DNA from: a virus
Taxonomy: Duplodnaviria; Caudoviricetes
Direction: 5' to 3' (one strand)
DNA: 64,000 nt
Virus record (IMG/VR): IMGVR_UViG_3300043395_002393
Span: 459-64,458 of that record
Shown here in pieces: positions 7,955 to 17,218 of the stretch. Under the pieces are notes generated by a model that searched no databases, was not told the origin of the DNA, and saw only the letters and a list, made by a program, of their open reading frames with translations. The position numbers and the translations under genes were made by a program. Each line of letters opens with the position of its first letter. Position 1 is the stretch's first letter.

Positions 7955-8857
7955 ATGCTCACCATTACCAGAGGGAGGACTTTCGCGTTCGACGCTACGA
8001 TCTACGACACCTACGTCGCGGACGGCGACCCGGCCAACGTGCCGACCAACCACACCGGCTGGACGATCCGCAGCCAGATTAGGACCAAGGTGGGCAACAA
8101 GCTCGTGGCGAACCTCAACGTCACGTTCCCGGTGCCTACGGCCGGCACCATCGCCATCCGGCACCAGCGCGAGTTCACGCGCAGCCTCCCCGTCGGCGAC
8201 TACTGGTGGGACATCGTCGCCACCGACCCCTCTGGCGCCGACCACGTCTACGTCGAGCCCGAGCCGATCAGCGTCAAGGACCACCCGACCGATCCGGCCG
8301 ACGCGACCTACAGCTTCGTCCCCGGCGGCGGCGGGGTCATCTCCCACACCCACTCGATCTCGGACGTTACCGGGCTGCAAGAAGTCCTCGACGGACTGGA
8401 GCTTCCGCCCGGCGGCACGATCGCCCACTACCTTCGCGGCGACCGCACTTGGCAGACCCTCGGCAAGTCCTCGGTGGGTCTGAACAACGTCCAGAACATC
8501 AACATCACCACCTGGGCCGGCAGCACGAGCCTCACGACTCTCGGCTTGGTGACCAACTTCAACGTCACCGGCGTCCGCACGGCGGTTCGCATCGTCACCG
8601 CCGACACCACGCTGACCGATCAGGACCACACGGTCCTCGTGGACGCCTCCGCGGGGCCGGTCGAGATCACGCTCCCGGCGGTGTCCGCGCACCTCAAACG
8701 GGAGTATCGGATCAAGAAGGTGGACGGCACCGCGAACGTGGTCACCATCACCGCCGCCGGCGGTGACACGATCGAAGGCGAGCCCTTCCTCGATACCGAC
8801 ATCCCCGGCGAGAGCCTCACGATCCAAGGCTTCGGAACCAACTGGAACATTCACTGA
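7955..8857 (+). CDS. Tail fibre/adaptor protein, 300 aa
   Basis: N-terminal baseplate-type beta domain, HTHSISDVTGLQ fibre repeat, YLRGDRTW, C-terminal VDASAGPVEITLP module. Confidence 0.75.
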   Translation: MLTITRGRTFAFDATIYDTYVADGDPANVPTNHTGWTIRSQIRTKVGNKLVANLNVTFPVPTAGTIAIRHQREFTRSLPVGDYWWDIVATDPSGADHVYVEPEPISVKDHPTDPADATYSFVPGGGGVISHTHSISDVTGLQEVLDGLELPPGGTIAHYLRGDRTWQTLGKSSVGLNNVQNINITTWAGSTSLTTLGLVTNFNVTGVRTAVRIVTADTTLTDQDHTVLVDASAGPVEITLPAVSAHLKREYRIKKVDGTANVVTITAAGGDTIEGEPFLDTDIPGESLTIQGFGTNWNIH

Positions 8858-8860
8858 GCC

Positions 8861-9985
8861 ATGAGCACCTCCCGCACCATCCGCATCCAGGACAACGGGC
8901 TCACCCGGACGATCGTCCGGCCGGTCGGTCCCGCAGGACCGGCAGGAGCCGCCGGCGCCCCCGGCTCGATGACCGGCCCGGTCGGCGCGACGGCGGACGC
9001 CATCGCCCTGTTCGACGGCACCACGGGCAACGTCCTGAAGAACTCGAACGTGCTGCTCTCGGCGCTGGCGACCGCGGCCAATCTCGCCGCCGGCCTCGAC
9101 GGCAAGCAGGACGTGGAGGACGGCAAGGGCTTGTCCGAGGAGAACTTCACGGCGGCGCTGAAGGCCAAACTCGACGCCCTTGGCACCGCGACCTACCGCG
9201 GCGCATACCCGTCGCTCGCGCACCTGCAAGCGGCGGTCCCCGCGGGCAACCCCGGCGACTACGCCCACGTCGAGGTCTCTGGCAGCGACCTGAAGCTCTA
9301 CCACTGGGACTCCGAGAACGACTCTTGGCAGATCGGCGTGGATCTCAGCGGCAAGGTGGACAAGGTCACCGGCAAGGCTCTCTCGACCAACGACTTCACG
9401 GACTTCTACAAGGGCTTGATCGAAACCGCGGTGCAGACCAGCACCTTCGAGGCGGCGTTCGACGGCTTGGACACCGCAGTGGCGGCGTTCACCGCGCACA
9501 TCGAGGCGGTCTACAACCCACACCCTTCGACGTTCGCCGGCATCGGCGTGGACAACGGAACGACTCAAGAGTCGGTTGCGAGCAACACGGTGCAGGCGGT
9601 GACCGCCTTCAGCACCGCGGCCGGGTTCAACGAGCCCGCCAACGACTGCGTCTCGAACCGGGTCAACAACCGGGTCGAGATCACCCGCACCGGCCGCTAC
9701 AAGGTGGACTGGTCGCTGTCGATCGCCGCGGACTCCAACAACGTCCAGCTCTACGGCGGCGTGATGGTTGGAGGATCGCTGGTGGCCTCGGGGCAGGCGG
9801 CGACCAAGATCGAGAACATCGCGGATCGCCACTTCATGGGCGGCACGGCGATCATCGAGATCGGAAGCACCGCAGGGACCGCGGGGCACGTTCAGATGGC
9901 GGTCTGGCACGGGCACGGGAGCACGCTCAACCTGACGCCCAGCTTCGCGGGCCTGGTGGTCGTCCGGCTCGGAGATTCGCCTTGA
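8861..9985 (+). CDS. Tail fibre-like protein with short collagen-like G-x-y stretch, 374 aa
   Basis: GPAGPAGAAGAPG; KQDVEDGKGLSEENFT and KVDKVTGKALSTNDFT fibre repeats; C-terminal C1q/TNF-like beta head. Confidence 0.75.
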   Translation: MSTSRTIRIQDNGLTRTIVRPVGPAGPAGAAGAPGSMTGPVGATADAIALFDGTTGNVLKNSNVLLSALATAANLAAGLDGKQDVEDGKGLSEENFTAALKAKLDALGTATYRGAYPSLAHLQAAVPAGNPGDYAHVEVSGSDLKLYHWDSENDSWQIGVDLSGKVDKVTGKALSTNDFTDFYKGLIETAVQTSTFEAAFDGLDTAVAAFTAHIEAVYNPHPSTFAGIGVDNGTTQESVASNTVQAVTAFSTAAGFNEPANDCVSNRVNNRVEITRTGRYKVDWSLSIAADSNNVQLYGGVMVGGSLVASGQAATKIENIADRHFMGGTAIIEIGSTAGTAGHVQMAVWHGHGSTLNLTPSFAGLVVVRLGDSP

Positions 9986-10012
9986 CGGCACGATTAACTG
10001 ACGCATTGTTGC
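9982..10012 (+). promoter_or_regulatory. Promoter TTGACG-N16-CATTGT with ATTAAC spacer motif
   Basis: Matches 4370-4400 in motif and spacing. Confidence 0.6.
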
Positions 10013-10019
10013 GTCGTTC

Positions 10020-10196
10020 ATGGCTGTCCTCAAAGTCAACCTGCCGAAACCGGAGCCCAAGAAGCGCGGGGGGAAGCGTCCCACGGTGCTCGTGGCGATG
10101 ACCGTCGCGGAGCTTCGTGAGAAGGTGGGGGACGATGCGGTCGTCATGGTCGGTCGCAAGCATCTTGGTCGATTGCTTGCACGGTCGCTGGGTTAG
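10020..10196 (+). CDS. Small basic protein, 58 aa (MAVLKVNLPKPEPKKRGGKRP...), moron-like unit
   Basis: Manual translation (below the ORF-track cutoff); has its own promoter and terminator. Confidence 0.7.
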   Translation: MAVLKVNLPKPEPKKRGGKRPTVLVAMTVAELREKVGDDAVVMVGRKHLGRLLARSLG

Positions 10197-10200
10197 CGAG

Positions 10201-10235
10201 GGCCGCGCCGGAAGTGTGCCCCGGCGCGGCCTTTT
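10201..10235 (+). terminator. Intrinsic terminator
   Basis: GGCCGCGCCGG-N9-CCGGCGCGGCC-TTTT. Confidence 0.8.
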
Positions 10236-10275
10236 CCTGTTGCATCCTACCCGCTCTTCGGGTAGACCTCGCCGC

Positions 10276-10521
10276 ATGAGCCTGCTCATCGACGAAGGAC
10301 TTGTCACCGCATCCAAGGACGTGCCGAACATGCCCATGGGCAGGACCGTGTTCATCCAAACCGACGCCGAGCTGTCGCTGGCATGGTTCGACCCGAACAC
10401 CAAGGCGTTCGGCGCCACACAGACCATCTCGACCCCTGGCGAAGAGGTCAGCGTGCCGAGTTACAAGGCCCGCATCACCACCGCGACTACCGCGAACATC
10501 CGCATTGTCCTCCAACCGTAA
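10276..10521 (+). CDS. Hypothetical small virion-associated protein, 81 aa
   Basis: ATG 10276 after TTGCAT-N17-TAGACC; GC3-rich. Confidence 0.65.
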   Translation: MSLLIDEGLVTASKDVPNMPMGRTVFIQTDAELSLAWFDPNTKAFGATQTISTPGEEVSVPSYKARITTATTANIRIVLQP

Positions 10522-10527
10522 TCGACC

Positions 10528-12498
10528 ATGAGCTTCATCAAAGGATCAGGATTTGTCCACGACGCCGGAGGCTCCGTCACCGCTGCCGGCCTCGTCACCG
10601 CCGCCGGGAGCATGACCGACACCCAAGAGCGTGATTTCCGCGGGTCTATCGGCATTCGCAAGGCCGACATCCGTAACACCCAGCGGCACGTCGCCGCGAA
10701 GTCTCGCGCATGGGGATCGTCTTCAACCGATCCGATCCGCGTCATGATCGCGGGCGACTCGCTTTCGACGAATATCGAGCCGCTCGAAAACATGGGGGTT
10801 ACGGGCTATTTCAGCCAAGCCTACCACCTCACCGCTGGGTCAGCGCCGTCGGTTATTGCATCGGATGACTGGATCAACGGGCGAGTCATCGCCATTCCGG
10901 TCGGTGCCACGGTCCAATTCCACCCCACCGGCGGCATCGACGCCGCGTTTGCCTGCTCGAAAATCTCCATTGGATACATCGCGGAAACCGGCGCGGGCGG
11001 ATTCGACATCGAGACCAGCACCCCGCAACGGAGCAGCGGAGCGTGGGAAAAAGTCGGCGTCACTCAGAACACCGAGAACGCAACGAAGATTGGCAAGTGG
11101 TATGACGTGGATGTTCCCAGCACCTCCACGGCACCCGCTTACAAGGTCCGCATCACCAACATCACCGGCAAGCCGCTCAAGCTCATTTGTTGGGGAGTCT
11201 GGAACCACCTGACATGGGGAGTCACTTGGATTTCCGGCGTGGCGAATCTGACCGGCCGCGACGTGACATCGTGGGCGACCTGCCCATCTGCGATTTACAC
11301 GCCGATCATCACCGGGCTACGCCCTGACATGGTGATTTCGCGCTGGGCCGACGCCGCCGCGAGTTGGGATTCAGGCGGGGCATTCCGCACGGAATACGAC
11401 CGGATGAAGGCGATTCTGCCGCAGTGTGATTTCGTCCAGTTGTCCGGTGGCCCGGCCTACAACGGACCGGACAGCGGAGTTGCATGGCCGACTTACTACG
11501 CCGCGCAGTCTCAATACCGAGTCGGCGACGTGGCCGTCGCGCAAAACGACACCACGAAGCTATGGGGCCGCTACACTTGCACCGTCGCGCACACCCAGCA
11601 GGCCGACCGAAAACCGGGGCAGGGAGCGGCATGGGCAAGTTATTGGACGGCCTACGCCTACGACAGCGCCATCACCACGACCAGCGACTCGGAATTCGAA
11701 GCGCAGGCGAAAAGCCAAGAGCTTTGGGCGGCGTCCGCCGGGGAAACCTTCCTCGACCTCCGCGACGTTTTCGGCCCTTACCTCCAAGCGTTCACGAACG
11801 GGCTGATCGGCGATTTTGTCCATCCCACTGCGGCCGGATGGGAGTCGATGATGGCGGAGATCAATCAGCGACTGGACGCTGCAAAAATCCCGATGGGCGG
11901 CTTCTCGGTCGGCGGTCTTTTTTCATTCCAGATCACCGCCGGGAATGGATATGCTCGTCTTGATCGCCCTCTGGAAGTCGGGTCGAGCAGCTTGGGAGGG
12001 AATCCGGCAATTCGCGTTGTAGCCTCTGACGCCGGGACCGATTCCAGAAAGGCTTTGACCCTCACAGCATCGGGCGCGGCGGGTATTTTTAACGTCGATG
12101 GAACCAGCATCTTCAGCATGGTCTTGTCCGCCAACGGCGCTGGGCAGCACGCTCTGGTTCCGGTCAACAGCTCCGTTTCCGTGGGCATCCCCGCAACTCG
12201 CATGAGGGCGTGGCTTGGGGGCGTGGCATCCGGCACGCGGACGATCACCGGCGCGACGACGTTGGCGGGGGCAACCGACCATACCGCCTATTGCGACGCT
12301 ACCTCGGGCGCTTTTACTGTGACGTTGCCAACAGCATCGACGGTATCAGGGCAGCTTTTTGTCCTCAAGAAAATCGACAGCAGCGGCAACGCCGTGACGA
12401 TTGGAGGAACCGTCGATGGCCTAGTGAACCCGACGTTGACGACGCAGTGGCAAGTCCTTCGCGTTCGGTCTAACGGCACCACCTACTATTCGGAATGA
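10528..12498 (+). CDS. Tailspike with SGNH/GDSL esterase domain and inserted CBM-like module, 656 aa
   Basis: IAGDSLS (block I), DFVHP (block V), YRVGDV..YTCTVAHT..PG..W (CBM5/12-like), C-terminal CDATSGAFTVTLP module. Confidence 0.75.
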   Translation: MSFIKGSGFVHDAGGSVTAAGLVTAAGSMTDTQERDFRGSIGIRKADIRNTQRHVAAKSRAWGSSSTDPIRVMIAGDSLSTNIEPLENMGVTGYFSQAYHLTAGSAPSVIASDDWINGRVIAIPVGATVQFHPTGGIDAAFACSKISIGYIAETGAGGFDIETSTPQRSSGAWEKVGVTQNTENATKIGKWYDVDVPSTSTAPAYKVRITNITGKPLKLICWGVWNHLTWGVTWISGVANLTGRDVTSWATCPSAIYTPIITGLRPDMVISRWADAAASWDSGGAFRTEYDRMKAILPQCDFVQLSGGPAYNGPDSGVAWPTYYAAQSQYRVGDVAVAQNDTTKLWGRYTCTVAHTQQADRKPGQGAAWASYWTAYAYDSAITTTSDSEFEAQAKSQELWAASAGETFLDLRDVFGPYLQAFTNGLIGDFVHPTAAGWESMMAEINQRLDAAKIPMGGFSVGGLFSFQITAGNGYARLDRPLEVGSSSLGGNPAIRVVASDAGTDSRKALTLTASGAAGIFNVDGTSIFSMVLSANGAGQHALVPVNSSVSVGIPATRMRAWLGGVASGTRTITGATTLAGATDHTAYCDATSGAFTVTLPTASTVSGQLFVLKKIDSSGNAVTIGGTVDGLVNPTLTTQWQVLRVRSNGTTYYSE

Positions 12499-12713
12499 AA
12501 CACCTCGCCCTCACCCTCGCCTGGCTCGCTGGCTGCACCGCCTTCTGCCTCTCCCTCTCCGGTTGCGGCCTCCACGCCCCCGCCACCTGGGCCGACCGCC
12601 CCAATCCCCTCGACGATATCGCCTCCCCGGAGATCGAGCCCGAGGCCAACGGGCACTGGGGTCCATTTGGCACCGCGCCCGCCAGCCACCGCAACTTCAA
12701 CGGTTCGCCATGA
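12495..12713 (+). CDS. Small lipoprotein (lysis region)
   Basis: Signal peptide with LSGC lipobox; ATGA overlaps on both sides. Confidence 0.6.
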   Translation: MKHLALTLAWLAGCTAFCLSLSGCGLHAPATWADRPNPLDDIASPEIEPEANGHWGPFGTAPASHRNFNGSP

Positions 12714-13288
12714 AGACGGCCATCGTCACCTTCCAGGGATTCACCGAAGACCTCGGCAGCTCGACCGGAACGGAACGTCTCTGGCAGAAGCTCCGACCCC
12801 TCGCGTCTCCTGACCTTCTGGTGACCCAACCGGCGGCGTGGGACGCCCGCACCGATCGGGCCGCGGCGTTCCTCCAACGCCAGCAAATCGAGCGCGTCGT
12901 CATCGTCGGCTATTCCTGGGGGGCCGGTTACGCCTCCCAACGCTTCGCCCGCGAGTGTGGGGAGCGCGGCCTCAGCGTGCCTCTCATGGTGCTGTGCGAC
13001 CCGGTCTACCGCCCCCTGTGGTTGCCCCCATTGCTGCCTCTTCTACCTCTCGCCTTCCGCGCCCTTATTCCTGGCGCGGCGTCCATCAAGATTCCCCGGA
13101 ATGTCCGCCGCGTCGCATGGGTCCGCCAGACCCTCTCTCTGCCGATGGGTCATCCCATCGACGCCGACCCCTACGCAACCGTGGTCGAGGACGCCGTTCT
13201 TCTCCCCTATGGTCATACCGCCATCGACGAGTCCTCTGAATGGCACGCTCTCGCTCTCGACAAAATCACCACCTACCTTCACCCCTGA
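12710..13288 (+). CDS. Alpha/beta hydrolase (LysB/cutinase-like), 192 aa
   Basis: GYSWG nucleophile elbow, LCDPV, GHTAID; start MKTAIV at 12710. Confidence 0.8.
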   Translation: MKTAIVTFQGFTEDLGSSTGTERLWQKLRPLASPDLLVTQPAAWDARTDRAAAFLQRQQIERVVIVGYSWGAGYASQRFARECGERGLSVPLMVLCDPVYRPLWLPPLLPLLPLAFRALIPGAASIKIPRNVRRVAWVRQTLSLPMGHPIDADPYATVVEDAVLLPYGHTAIDESSEWHALALDKITTYLHP

Positions 13289-13299
13289 ATCCCGCACCC

Positions 13300-13548
13300 A
13301 TGGAAATCTCGGACGCATCAGCAGTTGGAGCCGTTGTCAGCCTGTGCGCCGTCGTCGGCAGCCTTGGAGGCATCATCTACAAGACGCTCTCCAGTGCCAT
13401 CGCGGCGCTTGAGAAGCGGGTGTCTCAAACCGAGGCAAAGGCCGATAGCTGCGAAAAGGACCGCGAGGACTTGCGTCAGCAAATCACCACTCTTGACCGC
13501 TCCATCTCACGTTGCTCCGCTCCGGTTTGCCCGCTTCGCGCCAAATGA
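13300..13548 (+). CDS. Single-TM coiled-coil protein, putative holin/lysis membrane protein
   Basis: Hydrophobic N-terminus AVGAVVSLCAVVGSLGGIIY followed by coiled coil; lysis context. Confidence 0.6.
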   Translation: MEISDASAVGAVVSLCAVVGSLGGIIYKTLSSAIAALEKRVSQTEAKADSCEKDREDLRQQITTLDRSISRCSAPVCPLRAK

Positions 13549-13769
13549 CCCGTCGTTCCCCACCTCCGGTTCTCCTTGTGCTCCTCTCCGCCCTCTACTT
13601 CAGCGGAGCGCATACCTCCGCCCTGAGTGTCCCGCCGGTTCGTTGGCGCACAGCCTCCCGTTTTGAAGCCAAACGTCGCTGAGTGCATGATCCGACGCCT
13701 GCTCACCTACATTGCCACGTTCCGGCAGCGGGCGTTGCTCCGCCAGCTTGCGCACAAACGATTCCGCCC

Positions 13770-13928
13770 ATGAAACTCCTTCGCACCATCTGGCATCTCA
13801 TCGTCCTTGTCATCGCGGTCCTCTACGCCGTGAGCTGCACGATGACCATCTCCGCCGACGGTTCGAAGTCCTTCTCCATCGACGGTGAAGAGGCAGCTCG
13901 GGCCATCGAAATCCTCTCTGACAAATGA
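13770..13928 (+). CDS. Small lipoprotein, possible outer-membrane spanin component, 52 aa
   Basis: MKLLR + hydrophobic stretch + AVSC lipobox; overlaps the start of the endolysin-like gene. Confidence 0.6.
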   Translation: MKLLRTIWHLIVLVIAVLYAVSCTMTISADGSKSFSIDGEEAARAIEILSDK

Positions 13929-14557
13929 GTGCTCCAACTCCGCCCACCCGTCCCAAAGGCAGCCGCGAACAATGGCTGGAGGCCGCCGCCGCCGTGTGGA
14001 AGCGCGAACGCCCTGGCAAGGAATTTCCCGCCGCAGGGATCATCGTCAGCCCCGACCACTACCCCTCCATGGGCAAGCCTGGCGTCGGCGACCGAGGCAT
14101 CAACGACGATGGGTTTGCGATCTTCGCCCCCGACCTCTTCGTCACTTTCAATGGGAACGCCGACCCGAGCATCTATCGGCCCGAGGTCGCCACGTTGAAG
14201 CGCGGACAGGTGATCGACTACATCATCGGCCAGCACGCCATCGGGAAGAAGACCCAGCACGAAGCCTGCCGCCAAGCGTCGCCGGTCATTGTCCGTCGCG
14301 ACAACCTCGTCAAGCCGGCCGGCTACGTCCACAAGACCCGCGGCATCTCCCTCGGTGACGGCTTCTGGACCGATGCCGGCTACCCGGAACGCTTCTGGAC
14401 GAACCTCCATCGGCAGACCGGTGGCACCAGTTCCCTCGGATGCCTCACCATTCCCGCGGCGCAGTGGTCCGCTTTCTTGGCGACCGTGAAGGAAGCGATG
14501 CGTCGTACCGGACTGAAGAGGATCTCTGCAATCCTGCTCGACACCCGGATCGCGTAA
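13925..14557 (+). CDS. Putative endolysin with YkuD/L,D-peptidase-like catalytic motif, 210 aa
   Basis: NLHRQTGGTSSLGCLTIP (H...SxGC); lysis-cassette position. Confidence 0.6.
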   Translation: MSAPTPPTRPKGSREQWLEAAAAVWKRERPGKEFPAAGIIVSPDHYPSMGKPGVGDRGINDDGFAIFAPDLFVTFNGNADPSIYRPEVATLKRGQVIDYIIGQHAIGKKTQHEACRQASPVIVRRDNLVKPAGYVHKTRGISLGDGFWTDAGYPERFWTNLHRQTGGTSSLGCLTIPAAQWSAFLATVKEAMRRTGLKRISAILLDTRIA

Positions 14558-14573
14558 CCGCAAGATCCCGACG

Positions 14574-14664
14574 CGCTGGTTCCGGGCGAGTTATAGAGCA
14601 GGTGGAAAGCCTGCCGGGGTCGGGTGCGTCTCATCCCTGGTTGAATTGCAACCCGGAACCAGCG
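14574..14664 (+). ncRNA. Unassigned structured RNA element (long closing stem plus two internal hairpins)
   Basis: CGCTGGTTCCGGG/CCCGGAACCAGCG 13-bp perfect stem enclosing GCAGGT-GGAAA-GCCTGC and CCGGGG..CCCTGG. Confidence 0.45.
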
Positions 14665-14679
14665 AACCTCAAACACACC

Positions 14680-15165
14680 ATGAAAATTGACGAAACCAAG
14701 TTGGCCGCCCTGCACGATTACCTCGTCGCCGGCGGATCGCCCGAGCAAGTGGATGTCGCCCAGCAGATCGGCGCCGACCCCGACGACACCGAGCAGGTGG
14801 ACGCCTACGTCGAGGCGCTGAAAGCCCGTTGGCCGGAAACCTACGGCGACCCGGAAACCCCGGCCGCACCGGCTCAACCCGCTCGGAAAACGGCCAAGAA
14901 GGCGGCGAAAACCGCCACTCCGGCCAGCACCTACCGCCTCCGCCGCGCCGACGGCACAGTGGTCGCGCTGGAGGTCTTGAAGGTCTCCGACAATGGAACC
15001 GTGATCTTGGAGGAGCCCCGTCAAAAGGACCTCGTGACCCTGCTCCTCCGCGGACGCCAGATCACCGTGGATCTGATCGAACTCCGTGCCAAGCCCGCCG
15101 GCTCGATGCTCCACGATCTGCCGGTGACCAAGGTCATCGAGTTGGCTGAACTCGCCAAGGCGTGA
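14680..15165 (+). CDS. Hypothetical protein, 161 aa
   Basis: ATG after AAACACACC leader; GTGA overlap with terL. Confidence 0.75.
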   Translation: MKIDETKLAALHDYLVAGGSPEQVDVAQQIGADPDDTEQVDAYVEALKARWPETYGDPETPAAPAQPARKTAKKAAKTATPASTYRLRRADGTVVALEVLKVSDNGTVILEEPRQKDLVTLLLRGRQITVDLIELRAKPAGSMLHDLPVTKVIELAELAKA

Positions 15166-17216
15166 TCGACGACGCTCCAAGGTCGGACCCGTTCAGTGGG
15201 ATCGTGCTCAACCATGATCTCTTGGACTGGTCCGACCCGACGTTGGATGCCGACGCGGTCACGATGCGGTTGCTCGACTTTCACGACTACTACGACGAGC
15301 CCGAGTATGGTGGCCCGGAGCCGGCGGACGCCACGCCGCAGGAGCTTGCGAAACACCGCATCGCGATCGAGAAGAAGATCCTGTTCGACGCCAAGCGGCC
15401 GAACTGGGGTGGCACGAGCAAGTGGGGCAAGCCCTACTTCCGGCACATGCTCTCCCTCATCAAGCTGGCGTTCCCGGACACCGACATCACGCCGTCCTTG
15501 GCCGACGCGGTCATGCTCTTCTGCATGGGCATCGGCGGCGGAAACAAGAAGCTGGAGCACCTGATCGGCAGCCAGAACTCCGGGAAGTCCGCCGGCGCGA
15601 TCCGCATCGCCTTCGCGATCATGATCGTCGATCCCGAGTACTCGGCGGTTTTCGTCGCCAACCCGTTCGACAACGCCGCCGACTCCACGGTCTGGGGCGA
15701 CGTGGAGGAGCTGTGGGACCAGCTCTGCGAGCACCACCCGAACGACACCGGCAAAGGCTACGAGGACGCGACGTGGCTGTTCCCCTGGGGCAAGAAGTAC
15801 GCCAACCGGCAGCTCGACCTCGTCCCGGGCCTCCCGAAGGCCGGCACGATCGTCCTGCGGAACGTGAAGCACGTCGGCAAGTTCAAGGGGTCGAAAGGTC
15901 GCGGTAAGGACGTGACCCGCGGCGTCATGCTGCTGCTGGTGGACGAGGTCAACGAAATCGAGAATCCCTCGTTCGAGACGATGCTCAACAACCTGGTATC
16001 TCAGGACCAGTTCTTCGCCATCACCTCCCAGAACTTCAAGGACGAGGAGGACATGGGCGGGCGGCTCACTCAACCGGTCGGGCTTTTCGGCGGCCCGTCT
16101 TCTTTCGACGACCTCGACATCGAGGAGGACGTGTGGTGGCACAGCTCGAAGTCCTCGATCACTCTCCGCTTCGATGGCCATCGCAGTCCGAACGTGCTGG
16201 CCCGCCGCACCATCTACCCGAAGCTCTTCAAGATGGAGAACCTCCAGCGGATGCGGGACGATTACGGCGAGCAGTCGCCGGACTACTTCTCGCAAGTCCG
16301 CTCGTTCCCTGTCCGCGGTGACGAGACGAACTCGGTGCTCTCTCGGGCTAAGCTGAGTGCGTCCCGGCACAAAGACACCTTCTTCACCGTCACAAAGTCC
16401 ATCGCTCGGGTGGGATTCTGCGACCCGGCGTTCGGCGGACGGGACAAGGCGGTCTTCGGTTGGATGGAGATCGCCCAAGCCTACATCACCGACGGCGAAG
16501 GGAACCAAGAGCTTCAGGAACTTGTGATTTTCCGTGATCACTTCCGGTCGCTCAAGCTGGTAAAAGGGGCGTGGTTCCCTGGGGATGACAACTATTGGCC
16601 GGATCGGATGAAAGCCTGCGGCATGGACATTTCCGACTACACCGCCGGCGCCGAGATCAGCTACGAGGACCAGATCGCCATCCAGTGCCGCGAGCTGTGC
16701 CTCGCCAACGGTATCCCTTTCGCCAACTTCGGCTACGACTTCTCGATGCGGCCGGACATCGTCAGCTCCATCAACAAGGTGATGGGGTTCAACAGCCTTG
16801 CCTTCGACTACAACCAGGGACCGGAGGGTCACACGATTCAGAACATCAAGAAGAACTCGACCGACTGCTGCAAAAACCGCTGCACCGAGCTGGCGTTCCT
16901 TGCCGCCGACCTGTTCCTCACCCGGCAGGTCCGCGGTGGCAGTTTCATCGAGACGGCTACCACCCAGCTCGCCCGAACCCTCTACACGACGGTCAACCGC
17001 AAGTACGTCGCCGAAGGAAAGCGCGAATACAAGGCCCGATGGCAACAGGTCTCTCCCGATCATCGGGACGTTTTGATGGGCCTGACCGGGGTCGCCTTGA
17101 AGCGCGGATTCCGTCAGAGCGTCGTGGGGCAGAAGTCGGCCGGCGGCGGCCGAAGCGTGTGGGACGAAATTACGTCTCGCGGTCTCGGGAAAAAACGGGT
17201 AGTGAAGCGCGTCTGA
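15162..17216 (+). CDS. terL: Terminase large subunit
   Basis: Walker A GSQNSGKS, Walker B LLVDE, RNaseH-like FCDPAFGGRD and SPDHRD; lies ahead of the portal. Confidence 0.88.
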   Translation: MIDDAPRSDPFSGIVLNHDLLDWSDPTLDADAVTMRLLDFHDYYDEPEYGGPEPADATPQELAKHRIAIEKKILFDAKRPNWGGTSKWGKPYFRHMLSLIKLAFPDTDITPSLADAVMLFCMGIGGGNKKLEHLIGSQNSGKSAGAIRIAFAIMIVDPEYSAVFVANPFDNAADSTVWGDVEELWDQLCEHHPNDTGKGYEDATWLFPWGKKYANRQLDLVPGLPKAGTIVLRNVKHVGKFKGSKGRGKDVTRGVMLLLVDEVNEIENPSFETMLNNLVSQDQFFAITSQNFKDEEDMGGRLTQPVGLFGGPSSFDDLDIEEDVWWHSSKSSITLRFDGHRSPNVLARRTIYPKLFKMENLQRMRDDYGEQSPDYFSQVRSFPVRGDETNSVLSRAKLSASRHKDTFFTVTKSIARVGFCDPAFGGRDKAVFGWMEIAQAYITDGEGNQELQELVIFRDHFRSLKLVKGAWFPGDDNYWPDRMKACGMDISDYTAGAEISYEDQIAIQCRELCLANGIPFANFGYDFSMRPDIVSSINKVMGFNSLAFDYNQGPEGHTIQNIKKNSTDCCKNRCTELAFLAADLFLTRQVRGGSFIETATTQLARTLYTTVNRKYVAEGKREYKARWQQVSPDHRDVLMGLTGVALKRGFRQSVVGQKSAGGGRSVWDEITSRGLGKKRVVKRV

Positions 17217-17218
17217 CC

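Noticed and set aside
7763-10159. Long antisense ORFs (also 15021-17288, 21977-24118, 40030-42918, 52675-54417, 55437-56927)
   Set aside because: Shadow frames of GC3-rich genes on the opposite strand, with no recognisable motifs.
7955-12498. Diversity-generating retroelement acting on the fibres
   Set aside because: No reverse transcriptase and no TR/VR pair; the paralogous C-terminal modules are diverged at all positions, not only at adenines.
13545-13682. 45-aa ORF MTRRSPPPVLLVLL... in the lysis cassette
   Set aside because: The ATGA overlap is suggestive, but codon bias is weak and there is no motif, so it is not supportable.
14574-14664. tRNA or SRP RNA
   Set aside because: No TTCRA T-loop, cloverleaf or SRP helix-8 motif.
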